From Thalia democratica (lineage: Eukaryota), in the NCBI GenBank assembly GCA_965202585.1, contig OZ241834.1, forward strand, positions 31,558,001 through 31,622,000: a stretch of DNA of 64,000 nucleotides, read 5' to 3'. Below, piece after piece: positions 21,741 through 35,453 of the stretch. Each line of letters begins with the position of its first letter. The stretch's first letter is position 1. A program made the position numbers and the translations under genes. Below the pieces are notes generated by a model. That model was not told where the DNA came from. It was given only the letters and a program-made list of their open reading frames with translations, and did no database searches.

Positions 21741-24294
21741 AATAAAAACTAATCTCTAAATAGGAACGTAAATGCTTTCAATGCAGTACTACTTTTTAAA
21801 CTGCTTTAATTTAGTAATTGATTTGTTGGAATCTATCTAAATTATATTTTTAAAGGGTTAAAAAGTTTTGAAAACTTAAATATTTTAAGAATAAAAGCTA
21901 AACTTTAGCATACTAGATTTTAAAAAGAAATTACTTCATGGAGTAACTATATTATTCCACACTAACTTGTTTTTAAACGCAAAAATTAAAATTTAATTGT
22001 TTTTTTTTTGGTTTGAGCGATGAACCAATAACTAATAGTTTAATATAAAGTAGCAATGACTTTTAAAATCACAAAGATCTCTAATTAAATTAATTAACTT
22101 TTAAATATATTTCAACTATAAGGTTTAGAATAAAAAGTTAAAACTAATGATTTAGACTAAGTTTTAAAAAGTCTGAAAGGTAGCTGAAATTTCTACCACT
22201 TTTAATTATTTATTGCGTAACATTTTTTACAAATCTTACTTAAACAAACCATAAGTTTATTAAAACTACCTTTATTATAAATAAATTGATGTTATAAAAT
22301 CTGTTAATATTTAATACTTGGAAACAAGTACTGTGTGTAAACAGATTGCTCAAACATTAACTAGTGTAAAGCAAAACAAACGTTTTTGAATAAACAAAAG
22401 TTCGATAAAGCTCGAAAAATTTGAACTACCAAATTTTTCATAATAACTATTATTTTGAGTACTTAAGTTCAATTTTTTTCCTAAAGCACTTAATCAGTAT
22501 AGAAGCTAGTTTTTTTTATATAAAAGTTTAGATTCAGTAAGTGATTAAATGTTTATACTACATGTGCACAACACTCTAACTTTTTTAAATATAGATTAAT
22601 TTTTTTTTCGGTATCATTTGAAAAACAATTACTCATCAAAATAAGCAAAAGTGCAAAGTTTGCTAAATTAAAGTATTTTATACTTAATCAGCGTTTTTTG
22701 TTCAAAATATTTTGGATTTTTTGTTTGTTTTACATAATACAGATACTTTTTGCTGAAGCTTCTACTATTCTTCTGTTTATTTAAAAATATCACTGTTTAA
22801 ACTAACTTTAACGAAATAACTATCATTTTCGTGTTAACTTAACTAAGAAGTTAATTTGATCTAAAAAACAAAAGATAAAATTGCTATAGATTTTATGAAA
22901 ATCTATAAAACTTACAACTGTTTTAATTTAGAGAAAAAAAAGTCATTTATTTTATTGCTTTGTAAAAAGTACTTGAAATAAAATGTAAAATTTTCAAAAA
23001 CCTAGAATACTAACAATCATTATTTTATACAACCGTTTTTCATAAAGTAGAGTTTTAGTATAAAAGTATTCATCGTAGGTTATTAGTATACATTTTCTTG
23101 TTTGAACAAACACTTTATTTTTCTAAATTGTGAAAATCACAATTATAAAAAACTTTTTTTTGTAAGAAAAGTCTTCATTTAAAGAGTTCACTAAGATATG
23201 TATTGTCGTTGAATTTTAAGATGTAAGTAGTAGAGTTTTCATCATAACGTACTTTATTCAAGTTTATTTCTAAATTTATAAAGCGTAAAGTTTTACATTA
23301 CTACTTAATTTGTTTCTTCACCTTAGTACCATGATTTTTTAACTAAGTTTTCAGTAATTTATTCTTTAGATGCATTTACTTCTACAGGATTATACCATTT
23401 TCCTAAAATTTATTTCAATTTATTCAAAGAATAACCTTCTATAGAGATCAAATAATTTTTATCTTTAAAGTATTTATCGCTAAAGCAAACTACGAGCTTT
23501 TGTTTTTATACTTATTGTGTGAAAACAGTGTAATAAAAATATTGTTAAAAGAAATTTTTTTCATTTCATTGATAGATAAAAATATAATGGGATATAAAAA
23601 ATCTTTTTTTTCCTTATATAAATATTTATATTACGTTAAAAATAATCAAACTGGTTGTAAAAATAACTTTTATCAATAACAACGAGTAAAAGGAGCAAAA
23701 ATAAAAACTTTGCTAAAATTCTCAATGTTAAGTGTTTTCGTAAAAAAAAAACATATAAAAGCTACATATTGCATAGTTAGATGTAAAAGTCAAAGCATTT
23801 AAGGTAGTTTTTGATGCCAAAATGCACCCACAAACCACGACTGATAATTAAATACATTTTAAAGTAAAAAATATTAAGTATAAAAATTTTTTGTACATGT
23901 ACATGAAGTTAACATCTTTATAAGTTAGTTTTTTTACCAGTTATTTACAAACGCTGAAAACATATTAAATTCTGGTAAAAAATAAAAAGAAAAACTTCGA
24001 TTTGATGTTTTAAAGTATAAAGTAATTTCAATTGTAGAAAAAAAAATAATATTAGGAAGCAATTAAACTTGCTTTTGAAAAATATATAACTTTTGCAAAA
24101 TTTATTCATGTCGACTTCAAGAAATTCTGTAATTTTTTATAATTAAGTTTTCGTATTGTACAAACTTAATGTGATTATTCATTTACTTGTAGTTAAAAAT
24201 ATTATATTACTATTGTTTATCATACTTTTATTTTAAAAATTTTTAAGGAATTTGAGATATTTGACAGAACATCGGCAATTTTTTTACGTATAAG

Positions 24295-27200
24295 ATGGAG
24301 AAATCTGACCTTCCCTATCCTCATTACCCAGAACCCGGCAGTTACCAACAAAATGTAAACGGTAAGTTAATAATTACATTATAAGAAAAAAAAATTTACT
24401 GTATAAAAAGTAAGTAAAAACTTTTAAGCGAGGCTGTATTTTAGTTAAAATTTTGTTTACAAACCTAACACACTCACTAATTTAAAATTTCTTCTATTGT
24501 AGGGTATCCTGAGCCCAATGGCTATCAACAAAATGTTAATGGTAAGTTATGAGCTATTTTGTGAAATTTTTAACTTAATATTTTTTCAAAAGCAAAAAAA
24601 CAAAGGTGTGAACAAAGTTTTTCATGTTTTTATTTGTGTTAAATTTTATATACTAAAAATCAATAATCTAATAAGTCTAAATCTAAACTTAAACTATTTA
24701 GATCAGCTAACTCCATCTGCTCCAACTAACAAAGATATGATGCAAAATCAGAATGAAGATTTCACCATTGTAGGCTATGAGAATCTACATACTGAAGGTT
24801 TATTTTACGAGTATTCAAACCTTAGCTAAGATATGTAACATGCTGGCTTTCTAATAAAACTAAAAAAATTACTGTATGATTTAGTAATGTTTATACGAAA
24901 CCGTTTTAAACAAAAAGTCATCTTAAAGTTTTATTTTCTATGCTCTTAAACGCGTTAATCTATTTTTACCTTCTATAATGTTGAGTGTAAAAAAAATTTA
25001 AATTAAATTTTAAGTTCTGTTTCTAGTAAAAGACTTAGGATGAAGGAAATTATTCATTGTTTTGGTACTTATATATTTTTAAATGATAAAATATTTTAAT
25101 ATGACGTTTTTTTTACCAAATTACTTGGTGTAATAAACAATCAGCTTGAAAAGCATTCGACTTAAAAATAAATTAGCGATTAGTACTTTACAAAACTGAA
25201 AAGCAAAAATTTAAAACTCAACAGTTATATATATTTTTTTATTTGAAAGTTTTAAAGGTTCAAACTGCCTTCCACCGCCGTACGAGTCAATTGATGCTCA
25301 ACAAGTTAATTTCACACCTTCTCAAAAATTGTTAGTTTGGTTGATTTATACAAAAAAAAACAATAACAATTTTTTTTTTACAATTTACGAAGTGATTAAC
25401 TCACAGCAGCTTATAATTTTTTAACTGAGATTTTTAAAAAGTCTCGAAGTATTTTAAGTTTTACTTCCAGATAAACAACCGAAGTTTTAAAATTTTGTTC
25501 ATATCAAAATTTATTGGCAACTAAAACCTTTTTATATATTATTCTAAAAACACATACTATAAAGTAATGAAAATTTTAGTCTAAAATAAGTGAGTTTATG
25601 CGCTTTTAAAAGCTTAATCAAAAAAGTTGTTGATAAAGTAGTTGAAATATTTTTTAATGTAACACTTTAAGCTTTATTAAGAAAATGGTACCCCAGCTTG
25701 ATTTTTTTTTAATGTTAAAGTTCGCTTTCCGCTGAAGAGGCAAGGGAGTGTTTGATTGAATTCGTGAACGAACATTGCTGCTATGGTAAGAAGCCATCAA
25801 AAGAACTTGAATTCACCGACATCATAAGCACCTCAGCTCTTCATGTTAGTTTCTTGAATAAGCACTAAAAAGTTTATTGATAAAAGAAACTTTATTTTAA
25901 TCGTTTTCTACAACAAAAAGCTTTTTAAATTATTCTTTCAATTGTGTTCAACAAGAGAACACTATGAAAACTTCATATAGCATATATAATTTGTAATAAC
26001 TTTGTTTTAAAATTACACCAATTTCTTTCAAACGCTTAAATAAACTATCTTTTTAGTTTTTAATGCTTTTTTGGTTAACAGTACACTTTTGAGACGTATG
26101 TGGAAACCAGAACTACAAAATGGAACAAGGTGCCTTACTTTGGTTGGTTTGTTGAAAACTATATTTAGATTTAATAAAAATGATATATATAAAGTTTTAT
26201 TAAGTTTTTGTTAACTTTTACTTAAACATATTTTTAAGTTCATTTTGAATACTTTTATTGATTTTTATTTTCTTCACAGTTTTATCTTCTAAATGTAAAA
26301 ATCAACTAGTATTTTTTAGTTTGAAAACCTTACATAAATATAATATTATCTCATTAAACAATGAATCTCTAATATATAATTAAGCTAAAAATAACTTTGT
26401 ACAACCATACTAATAATAAACAGTTTTTTGTCAGAATTTATTGGATAACCATAATGATTAAATCAATATTTTTGTTATCGGTCTATATTACAACAAGTTG
26501 AAAACCCAACAGGGGGTTATATCGACGGGCCGGAGAACGGAAGGGCACTGGGTCCGTGGGAAATTGAACAGTACTGCGGGGAATTTTTCAAAAACGACAC
26601 TTTCTACCACGAAACTCCCCATACTGCTCACGTCAGGGTAATTTACTGTTTGCCGATATTGATATTTTTATTGATTGCATTTAATTATTTATCTTAGCCC
26701 ATAGAAAGTACTGAACCTAACAAAGCTTTTAAAAGTTTGTAGTGGTGCTGCTTTTGATAGGCAGAGAAACTTGTCAGTTTTACAAAACATAGGTTATAAT
26801 TTTTTCTGACGGCCTTGCTTGTATATATAATTAGAAATTAACGCTTAATTAAGCTATTTTGAGGTTTATTTGTGCTATATATTTTTCTTTCTTGGCTTCT
26901 GTTAATGTGCCTCATAACTTGATGCCCAGGTCTAAGGTTGCATGATAACAGCAAAAACAGTCGAATTTACTTTTTATATGACAGAGGTGTAGACACTGCA
27001 AAGGGTACGGATTCAATTCTTGCGGCAGTTGTAATGCTAAAGGGTTCATCTGGTGCACACACTGCAGGCATGGGGAACACGGTCATGGTCGCAGGCATCG
27101 TCATAGACATCATTCTGGTGAAGAACATTGTCATCATTGCAGAGATGGAAGACAAAAGTTATTGAATAAACTACTTTATTTAAATTTGTTGAACTAAAAA

Positions 27201-29411
27201 AATCATTATACATTTTCAAGTATTTTGGTATATATTTTATAACGTCAAATATCTGACTTTTTAAGTTTACTAAAATATAATTCCTTTTTTGTATATTTAA
27301 GTTTAATAAACTAATCATTTTTCACAACATTGAAATGCACTATCTACTTTTGTTTAAAATAAACAGTTTAGTTTTTCAAAGTCTGTATACAAAAATCAAT
27401 TTCAAAATTAAAAATGCAATATCAGTAATTTTTATAAGGTTACTTCAATACTATTTTCACTTAGATTTTATTTTTATAACACTAAAAAGTTTACACTTTA
27501 TTACTATCCAGGTGTACTGTTTGTAATGGAATGGGTAAAATTCCTTGTAATGTTTGCGATACTGCAGGAAAAGTTAAAAAGTACATAGAACTCAAAGTTG
27601 AATTGTTAGTTTTGATTTTTGATTGTTCAATAACTTTTTATTACGAATGTAAGTTTTTTTACAAACTTTGTAAACATAAAAAAATATGTTCAATTTAACT
27701 GTTCTCAATTTGGTAGAATTATAGTTATAATACTTATCGGACAACGATAATCCATAAATTAAACTTAAACTAATGTTGTTTAATCAAACAATGTTCACAG
27801 TAAAAATCACCAACTTTCCCACGTGATTGAGAAAACTGACCTACCAGACGACCTGATTCGAGGTGTGAGTGGTGCCGTTGAGTTCGAAAGTTTATCTAAT
27901 TTAGTCAGTTTTATTTTACATTAAAAAAGTTTATACATGCGTATTAAGTTTATTCTGTTAGCATCTTATCAATTTAAAACACTGTCCAAGAGTATATATT
28001 ATGCGTTATGTTAATTTAGTTGTACACAATACGGAATTTTTTACAGAAAACGTTTATAGTTGCAAGAAGTAGAGTTTGAGACTGATGTTTTTATCATAAA
28101 ATAAGAAAATATATATTAACCCACGACTGGGAATAGAAGATTGTCCTTAGATCTTTTACTAATCAGAGTGGTTTTGAAAAACCATCAATGCTCATAACAT
28201 CATTACATTATAATTTCAAAAACAAGCTTGTTCAAAAATAATATTCATTAAAAAAACAACAAAAGGTGGCGCCAGTTAGCGGATATCCGAACAACGAAAT
28301 AAACAGAAGGTCGAGCGAGTTTGTAAGCAGGCATGTTCACCTTCAGAACGATGGAAGGGTTTTGCAACAAGTATGTCTTTGTTTACCATATCGTTTTTCA
28401 ATCATATGACTTTTTTTTCACTTATTAATTACATATATATATATAGAAAATAAGGCAATTGTTTAAACTCAATTACTTTTTACAGAGCCAACTTGAAGGG
28501 CTTTTAAATATTTTTTAAGTAAAATGCGATTAAAAAAATTCTAGAACATATGTTTCATAAAGACAAAAAAGATTGTCTTTAATCTTCAGCTAGTTCATAT
28601 ATATACATATATCTATATATATATATTTGTTGGCTTTAAAAAGTATCACCTTCAATATGTTTTAATATAATATTAGTTTTATACTTTCAGAACTTATAAC
28701 AATACTTCACCCAAAGTTCTCATTAACTTTAACAATGCCTTTAATACATGTTTAAGCTAAAGAGCTGTAATTGTAGTTATTAATTTGTTAAAGAAGCTTT
28801 AAAATTTTTATTAAATGTATTTATTAATTTTTATATATATCTTTATATTAATGACATTTTTATAGAGGCACAAACTTCAGTGCGTCCCTGTGTTCGAGTG
28901 TCATTTCAAGTGGAAAGACAAAACAGGAAGGTTGAAAAGTATTATTTAGTTTTATAAAAGTAACATTTTACTTTTCGAAGTAAATTGTATTCCCTTACTT
29001 TTTTTTTGTAAACTTTTACACTTTTTGATTTTGATTTTTTAAGCTATCTAAAACGTATCTATTAGTGGTTAAAGAAGTAAGTTTTAAGAGCTTAAATGCT
29101 TTTATAGAAGCTTTTGTTATTTTCCGTTTATTTTTAAGATTACTTTTTTACAAACAGCTTTGAAATGACAGCAACAACAGTAAAGCTGCATAAATTAAAA
29201 AAAAAATTAACTACGTATTTTTTTAACACTTATTCAAATGAGTGATTAGTGTTATCTTAAACTACTATTTTTTGAAATTCACATTACATAAAACATACAG
29301 GTTTTTATTCAAACTAATATATAATACAGAATGTGGGTATACGGACTTGAACACAAAGTCTTCACAGAAGATTATCCACAGACATGTTGTTGGGGCTGTA
29401 ATATTTTATAA
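24295..29411 (+). CDS. SSUH2: Protein SSUH2 homolog (CxxCxGxG zinc-finger repeats, C-terminal CaaX-like CNIL), about 401 aa, 13 exons
   Basis: Exons 24295-24361, 24503-24541, 24702-24797, 25258-25330, 25721-25844, 26082-26142, 26513-26637, 26985-27157, 27512-27604, 27801-27903, 28266-28370, 28866-28930, 29330-29411 (1206 nt, phases consistent). Motifs AEEARECLIEFVNEHCCYG, YTFETYVETR, IDGPENGRALGPWEI, CRHCKGYG, CTVCNGMG and WVYGLEHKVFTEDYPQTCCWGCNIL match the SSUH2 family. Confidence 0.92.
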
Positions 29412-30857
29412 AATAGTTAAAAAATAAAACCAATACATTTTTTATGATAACTTGAATACTCAAAACCTATAAGTCTTTCTTTGGCTAGTTTTTAAACTTA
29501 AATTTTTTTTAAATAAGTAAACTATTGTTTTCTTTTTAGTAGAAAGCTATTTTAATTGTAGACATAAATTTCAGCTTAAAGATAACTTTCTTTTTTAATT
29601 ATTTTCATATGTTTTAGATTTTTACTATTGCATATTTTTTGAAGATTTCTAATACAGTGTTGTAATCATTTATATTGCAGTAGCTGTACTTCGCGTTTTA
29701 AAAATAAATTGAAGTTTTATATACAGATTAATACTTGTAAGTTCAATTGTACATGTTAATAGACCGTGCAAATAACTAAATTATTTTTAAGCTTTCTAAA
29801 ACCTCAAGGTTAAAAATAAAATTACCCATCTCTTGTTTATTTAATTTAGATATACGGAAATAGAAGTAAAAGTAATTTTGAACGTTTTTTAGCTTAAAAA
29901 AATACACATAAAATTCATATGCATGTTTCAGTTTTTAGTTTTTGTTATAAGATTTCATTTTGTTGCATTGAAAAGCATATCATATGTATAATCAAATAAA
30001 ATTTATAGTATACTTCAAAAACACTCAGGTAGACAAGTCCAAGTAAAAAAAAAGATTTTTATATCAATAAAAAGTAATTGAAACCTTAAAGCTTTGTAAA
30101 ACTCAAAGTTTGACGTTTTAAATATTTTATTAACCTTTAAGTTTTAAAGTTGTTCTACTACGTAGGAAATCGTTTTTATATAGTACTGAAACATTAATTA
30201 TATGTTGAAAAAAAAATTACTTATAAAAATGTGTTTTACGAAAATTATAATCTTTAAATAGCATTGACGCAATTAGCAGATTTAGACAACTATAATTTTG
30301 AAAAGAAGCAGGCGTTATTCTTACGTCATAATTGTCAGACTAGCACAAACTTGTCGCATTATGATTATTTCTTTTGTTGAAAGTGATTAGTGCAGGAGTT
30401 AAGACCTTGTTATTCCAGTTTTGTTTTGAAGTTCATTGTTAAATAGCATGTAAATATAAAAAGCTTATTTTAAATTTGTTTGTATAAAAAAAACTTAAAA
30501 CATATTTTTATTCAATCAAAAACCTTGAAACTTTACTGCAATTAAAAACAATCGTCTCACGAATTAAAAATAAATTTTATGTTAAACTCATCTGACAAAT
30601 AACTTCATCGTGATTTTAATTGTATTCTTCTATGAGTTTTTAAGGATTGGTTGTTTAAAAAAATATTAAAAATAAGTGTAAAAACAATTAAATGACGGCT
30701 AAAGTGTGCTCAAAGTTTACTTTGAATTCAAACCACATTAGTAAAAGTCGTACTAAAATAAACTGTAAAAATGAAAGAAGCTTTTTATGGAAAACTAAAA
30801 ACTAAGTTCCATCATTTTTCGTTGCTCTAAAACTTTAAAAACAAACCTTCAAACAGA

Positions 30858-30886
30858 CATTCCTATTGTACAGTAGATAAAAATAG
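30858..30886. promoter_or_regulatory. Possible muscle enhancer motifs (MCAT/TEAD plus MEF2-like) upstream of the synaptopodin-like gene
   Basis: CATTCCT at 30858-30864 and TAAAAATAG at 30878-30886 (imperfect MEF2). These are short motifs in AT-rich DNA, so chance is possible. Confidence 0.25.
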
Positions 30887-32015
30887 TTCAACATGTATAC
30901 TTTAAAGCTTAAGCAAGTAGCACGCAACATGCTTTTAGTCTGCGTTTCTCGTATTGCTAAAAGTTGTGAGAAACCTTATTTGTTTTACTGCCATATGCAA
31001 TGATGTTTTTAAATCCTATGACATAAAACATTCATTATCGACAGCTACATTAAAACAACATAATAGATCAATAATGCGGCAAATTTAGAACGAAATATTT
31101 TGTAAGTCTTCTTTGTTGAAGCTCAAATTTAGCTTTAAATTTTGAAAAAAATGTTTAACTCAAAAGTAGATTTTTAAAACCGTGTTTTTGATTGATTATT
31201 GCTATATTTTTATAGAAATATCATTAATCTTTTTTTACAATCACAACTTTATTTAATAAGATAAACTTACTCTAAAATATTGTATGCTTCTCAAAAACAG
31301 TTTTTACTGATAGTGTGTAACAAAATAAGTTTAGATTTTTAACTAAATATTGTTTACATTATTGCACACAAAAATAGGTTAAAGTTTAAGGTTTTTTTAT
31401 TTAGAAGCTTTCACATTTGTCTTATACCAGCAGAATTAAAATCAATTCATTTGGTTCATCAATCTATTAAGTAGTAATCCGTTCTAAATTTATTTTTTAG
31501 TGATGTATAAACGTTTTTTAAATAGAAATATAATACATCTACCTTATAAGTAGATATTTAAATGTAGTTTGCTACTAGTGTTATATTAAGAAAATTTATT
31601 TTAATTTTTTTTTCTTCATTGTTTTAGTTAATTTTTAATAAAAGTTTGCTGTAATATTTTTAAGTGTAAATGAACCAAAAAAGAATTTTTGATACTATAA
31701 ATAACATTTATTTTGATACTGCAAAATAAAAAGTGTATAACATGATATAAACTATAAAGCTTTGATAAAGTTAGTTTTTATTAAAAGGTAGTTCATAAAT
31801 TTAATTAACTTTTAAATGGTTAAATATATTTTTTAAGTATGATGTTCAGATTAATAGCACTACTAAAAAGTAAACCTAAAATCGTTAAGTTCACAATAAG
31901 AAACAAAACTTATATTTTTACTTAGTTATAATAGTATATATGTATATCATTGTAAGGTTCTTTGTTGATTTTTATTATACACCCAATAAAAAAAGGTTTA
32001 TATTATACAAAAAGG

Positions 32016-32164
32016 TTTGGTCATACCAATTTGATCATCAGACCACAAGCCTTCGGTAGACGGAGACTGGTTTCGTCCTGCAAATGACATTTTTGATGAC
32101 AGGACAAAACTGGTCTCAGTCTACAGAAGGCTTGTGGTCTGATAATATAATTGGTACTATCAAA
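32016..32164. mobile_element. Foldback (palindromic) element, about 150 bp
   Basis: 44-bp arms 32037-32080 and 32100-32143 (39/44 complementary), extended by about 21 bp of weaker arms. The end sequence is shared with 55417-55468. Confidence 0.7.
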
Positions 32165-32183
32165 GTTAACTCGAGCTTATCTC

Positions 32184-35100
32184 ATGGCATACGAAAGTCC
32201 AGGCTTAGGCTCTGTAGACTTTCGCAGATGTTTTCGCTGGTCTATTTTTATATATTGAAAGCTGTACAACAACAGTTTAAAGTTTAACTTAATAGTTTAA
32301 CAATTCAAGCATCACCATGTGTGAAATGAGCAAGTTTATTTCCAAGTCACTGTTGAGTAATACTGATAAAACGAAGGGCGCTAAAATATTTCAGAAGAAA
32401 AGGAAAAGAAGCGAGAAGAATTTCAGTTTGGTCGGGTTCGGCTCCCAACCTGTAGAAGATGATGAGGTAGTAATTTCGTATAAGCTGTAGTTTATTTTAG
32501 AAACAAGTTTTAGTGGTTAATTTTTTTTGCAAGTTGGATTTAAATTTTAACCCTATTAATTAAGTTTAGAGAAAAAAAAACCGTTTATGGGTTTTCTTTT
32601 TAGTAAAAACAGCATGTATTTTTTAGATAAAAACCTCAATTAAAAATAATTGGTTTTTCAAATCGTTGCTAAACAAGAATTGTAAAATGAATTTTTAAAT
32701 ATCTTTTATTTTTCTTGCGTTGAATATACACTTTCACTTTTGATAGAAAAATAGATAATTCTTTGAAAAGATAAAACCATTTCTTAATAATTGTTATGCG
32801 CTGTTTTTACAAACAAGTAAAATTTTTATTTAAACTAAATACAGTTGCAGTCGTACTACAGCTCCAGGAGCGCATCGAGATGCTCAGGAACCAAATCCAT
32901 CATTTCATCTGAAGACGAGTTGGAAAGTGAAGAGTTGAGCGAGGAAGAAGAAATCACTCCTCCATTTCTAACAAAAACCAATGAAAAAACGTCCGACTTG
33001 AATAACAATAACAATGTATGCTATGTTGAACTTTAGTTAATCTATTTAATTGACTATATTTTAATAACTTTTACTTAATTGTATTTTATTATTTAACAAA
33101 AGTTTTTATTAAGTAAAAACTTGATTAATTCCTTAACCACCTTTTATTACTTAAAACTAACTATTATTAATCGAGATCACTTTTAAAAGTGTTAGATGTA
33201 CTATAAACTCTTAAAGTTTTAACACCGAAGTATAAATTTAAAGTCAGCCCATTAGTTTTGATTGTCGGTTCAGATAGAGCCTTTAGAGTCGAAAGGTCGC
33301 GGAGCCAAGCTTTTTGAGAAGAGGCAGCAGCGAATGAAGAGGTTCGTACTTGAGGACAAAGAAGAAGATCACTTCGTGCAATCAACCAGCTTCCAGCTCA
33401 AGTCTCCAAAAGACTCCAACAGTTCCCATCCGCAACCAACGTTTGCGTACTGTGAGTTTGAATTTAACCGTTTTGTACTATTATAAAACAAGTTAGAAAA
33501 AAGTTAGTTTTGTTAGTATACACTTGTACAGTTAGACTGTACAAGTGTATATCAAACAATGAGCAATTTTTGAGTATTTCTATTTTGAAAGAATATAGTA
33601 TCATGTAGCTTTAAAAAAAGTTGGTCTAAAAGTTCAACTATTTGCTACTTATAAAATCTAAAAAGTCAAGTATCTTGGTTGTAAAAGTTGTTTATTTTCA
33701 AAAGATAGTTTTTTATAAATTTTTAGCAACGCATTTTTTATAAAACTTCAGTCAAAGTTACCACCAAAAAACTTTAAATTTTATTTAAAACTATTTACGC
33801 TTACAATAAATATTAAAACCTATAAACTTATTTTTAGTGAGATACAAAATGTTTGTAGTGTGTTATATAGATTTTTAATTTAAAAAATAAGTTAAAATAT
33901 AAGATTATGTCAATTACAGTACTCAAAAAGTTTTCAAAACAATTATACTAAAATTAAGTTATATAATTCATTCAACAATGTAAAAACTATTTATTACATA
34001 TACTTTATTTCTTTTTCAGACACCGATACTAGCAAAACCGAAAATCTACAAACAAATTCTGTTTATTCACAACCTTTTCCCAACGATTAGTAAGTGAGAA
34101 TTTTGAAAAAGTTGTTTTTCATTTTGTCATTTTAGTTTCAATTTTTATTAAGTAAAAAAATAAAGCGAATTGATAGTACCAACTTAAATACAGTCCACAG
34201 AAATACTTTGATCCGGAAAGAGTTGAGGAGCTGACTAAAGCTGCGATTGAAAAGCGAAAAAATTGTCAAGGTTGTCATAAAAAAATTGTTTTGTAAACTT
34301 AATGTATAAATTTATCTCAATTTTGAATTAATGTTTTCTTAATCTTATCATATTTGTTGTTTATAGGAAAAAACATTAAACATTTTTTGTTGATTTTCAG
34401 CTGCTAAAATGAAGGGAAGGGGTTTCAAGATATTCGAAAAACAAAGGATAAGAATGAAACGGTTTACCAGAGAAAACGAAGCTGGTTTTGATGAGTATGA
34501 CAAAAAATTAAAAAGTCTTGACGATATTATCCAAAGCAAAACAAGCATAACACTTGTTAGTTTGTCTTCTTTTAAAATGAAAAACTCTTTTTCCTCAGAT
34601 TTAGTAAAAATCTGGGAAAACTAAAGACATATTCAACATTTGTTATTAATCGTTACTTTCTCTATAAAACTGTTTTAGATCTATACAAGTGAAATTAAGA
34701 GCAACAACTGGTTTATATAAACTATGAAATAGTAAAAAACAAGTTTGTAATTTTTATTAAGATAGCGAAAATAAGTTAAAACAGAGAAAAAAAATACTTT
34801 CAACTTAAACAGGTATAAAAACGCTGTTATTAGAACTAAACGTTGCTTTTTAAACAACAAGTATTTACTTAAAAATTATTTTACCATCTAAATTTTTAGA
34901 ATCCAGCCACGAATACTTCTAAACACCCTCCGCCCTCGGATCAGGACTTTTTTGTTGTTCCTTACAGGCAGCAGTCTGATGATAAAGATGAGGATAATGA
35001 AACGAATCAAAATAATGACAGTTGTGAAGACAACAGTGAAAATGAAAACGGTCAAGATGACAGTAGTGCAAGTACATTCACTACTACAATGTCGGCTGCA

Positions 35101-35453
35101 ACTATTACAATGAAACCAGTGTTTAAAAATGGTTAGTCGTAAATGTTTTAAAGTATAAGAACAATTTTTTTTTTGATTTTATGCATACCGTTGGATAATA
35201 AACTTACGAGGAAACATGATAAACTTGTGTATAAGGTACAAGCTCTGTTTATTAACTTTTTATAAATTTTCATCGTTGACAATTTTTTAGCAGAAAACTA
35301 AATAGTTTTTAATATGTGTAAGCAGAAAAAGTGTTTCTTAACTACTTTTTAAAATATACAAAATATAATGAGTTTTAAGATATATCTTTTCATTTCTTTA
35401 TCTTTAAAACAGAAAAATCAACTTTGAAAATAAAGATGTCAAAAATCAAGTAG
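32184..35453 (+). CDS. SYNPO2: Synaptopodin-2-like / myozenin-related Z-disc protein without PDZ, about 378 aa (357 aa from ATG 32317), 9 exons
   Basis: Exons 32184-32239 (uncertain), 32310-32466, 32845-33015, 33274-33451, 34020-34089, 34194-34270, 34401-34555, 34900-35131, 35413-35453, phases consistent. Motifs ISKSLLSNTDKTKGAKIFQKKRKRSEKNFSLVGFG, KGRGAKLFEKRQQRMKRFVLE and KGRGFKIFEKQRIRMKRFTRE resemble the SYNPO2 motifs (SKGVLMFKKRRRRARKYTLVSYG; KGAQLFAKRQSRMEKYVV, from memory). The symbol denotes the family, not strict orthology. Confidence 0.78.
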
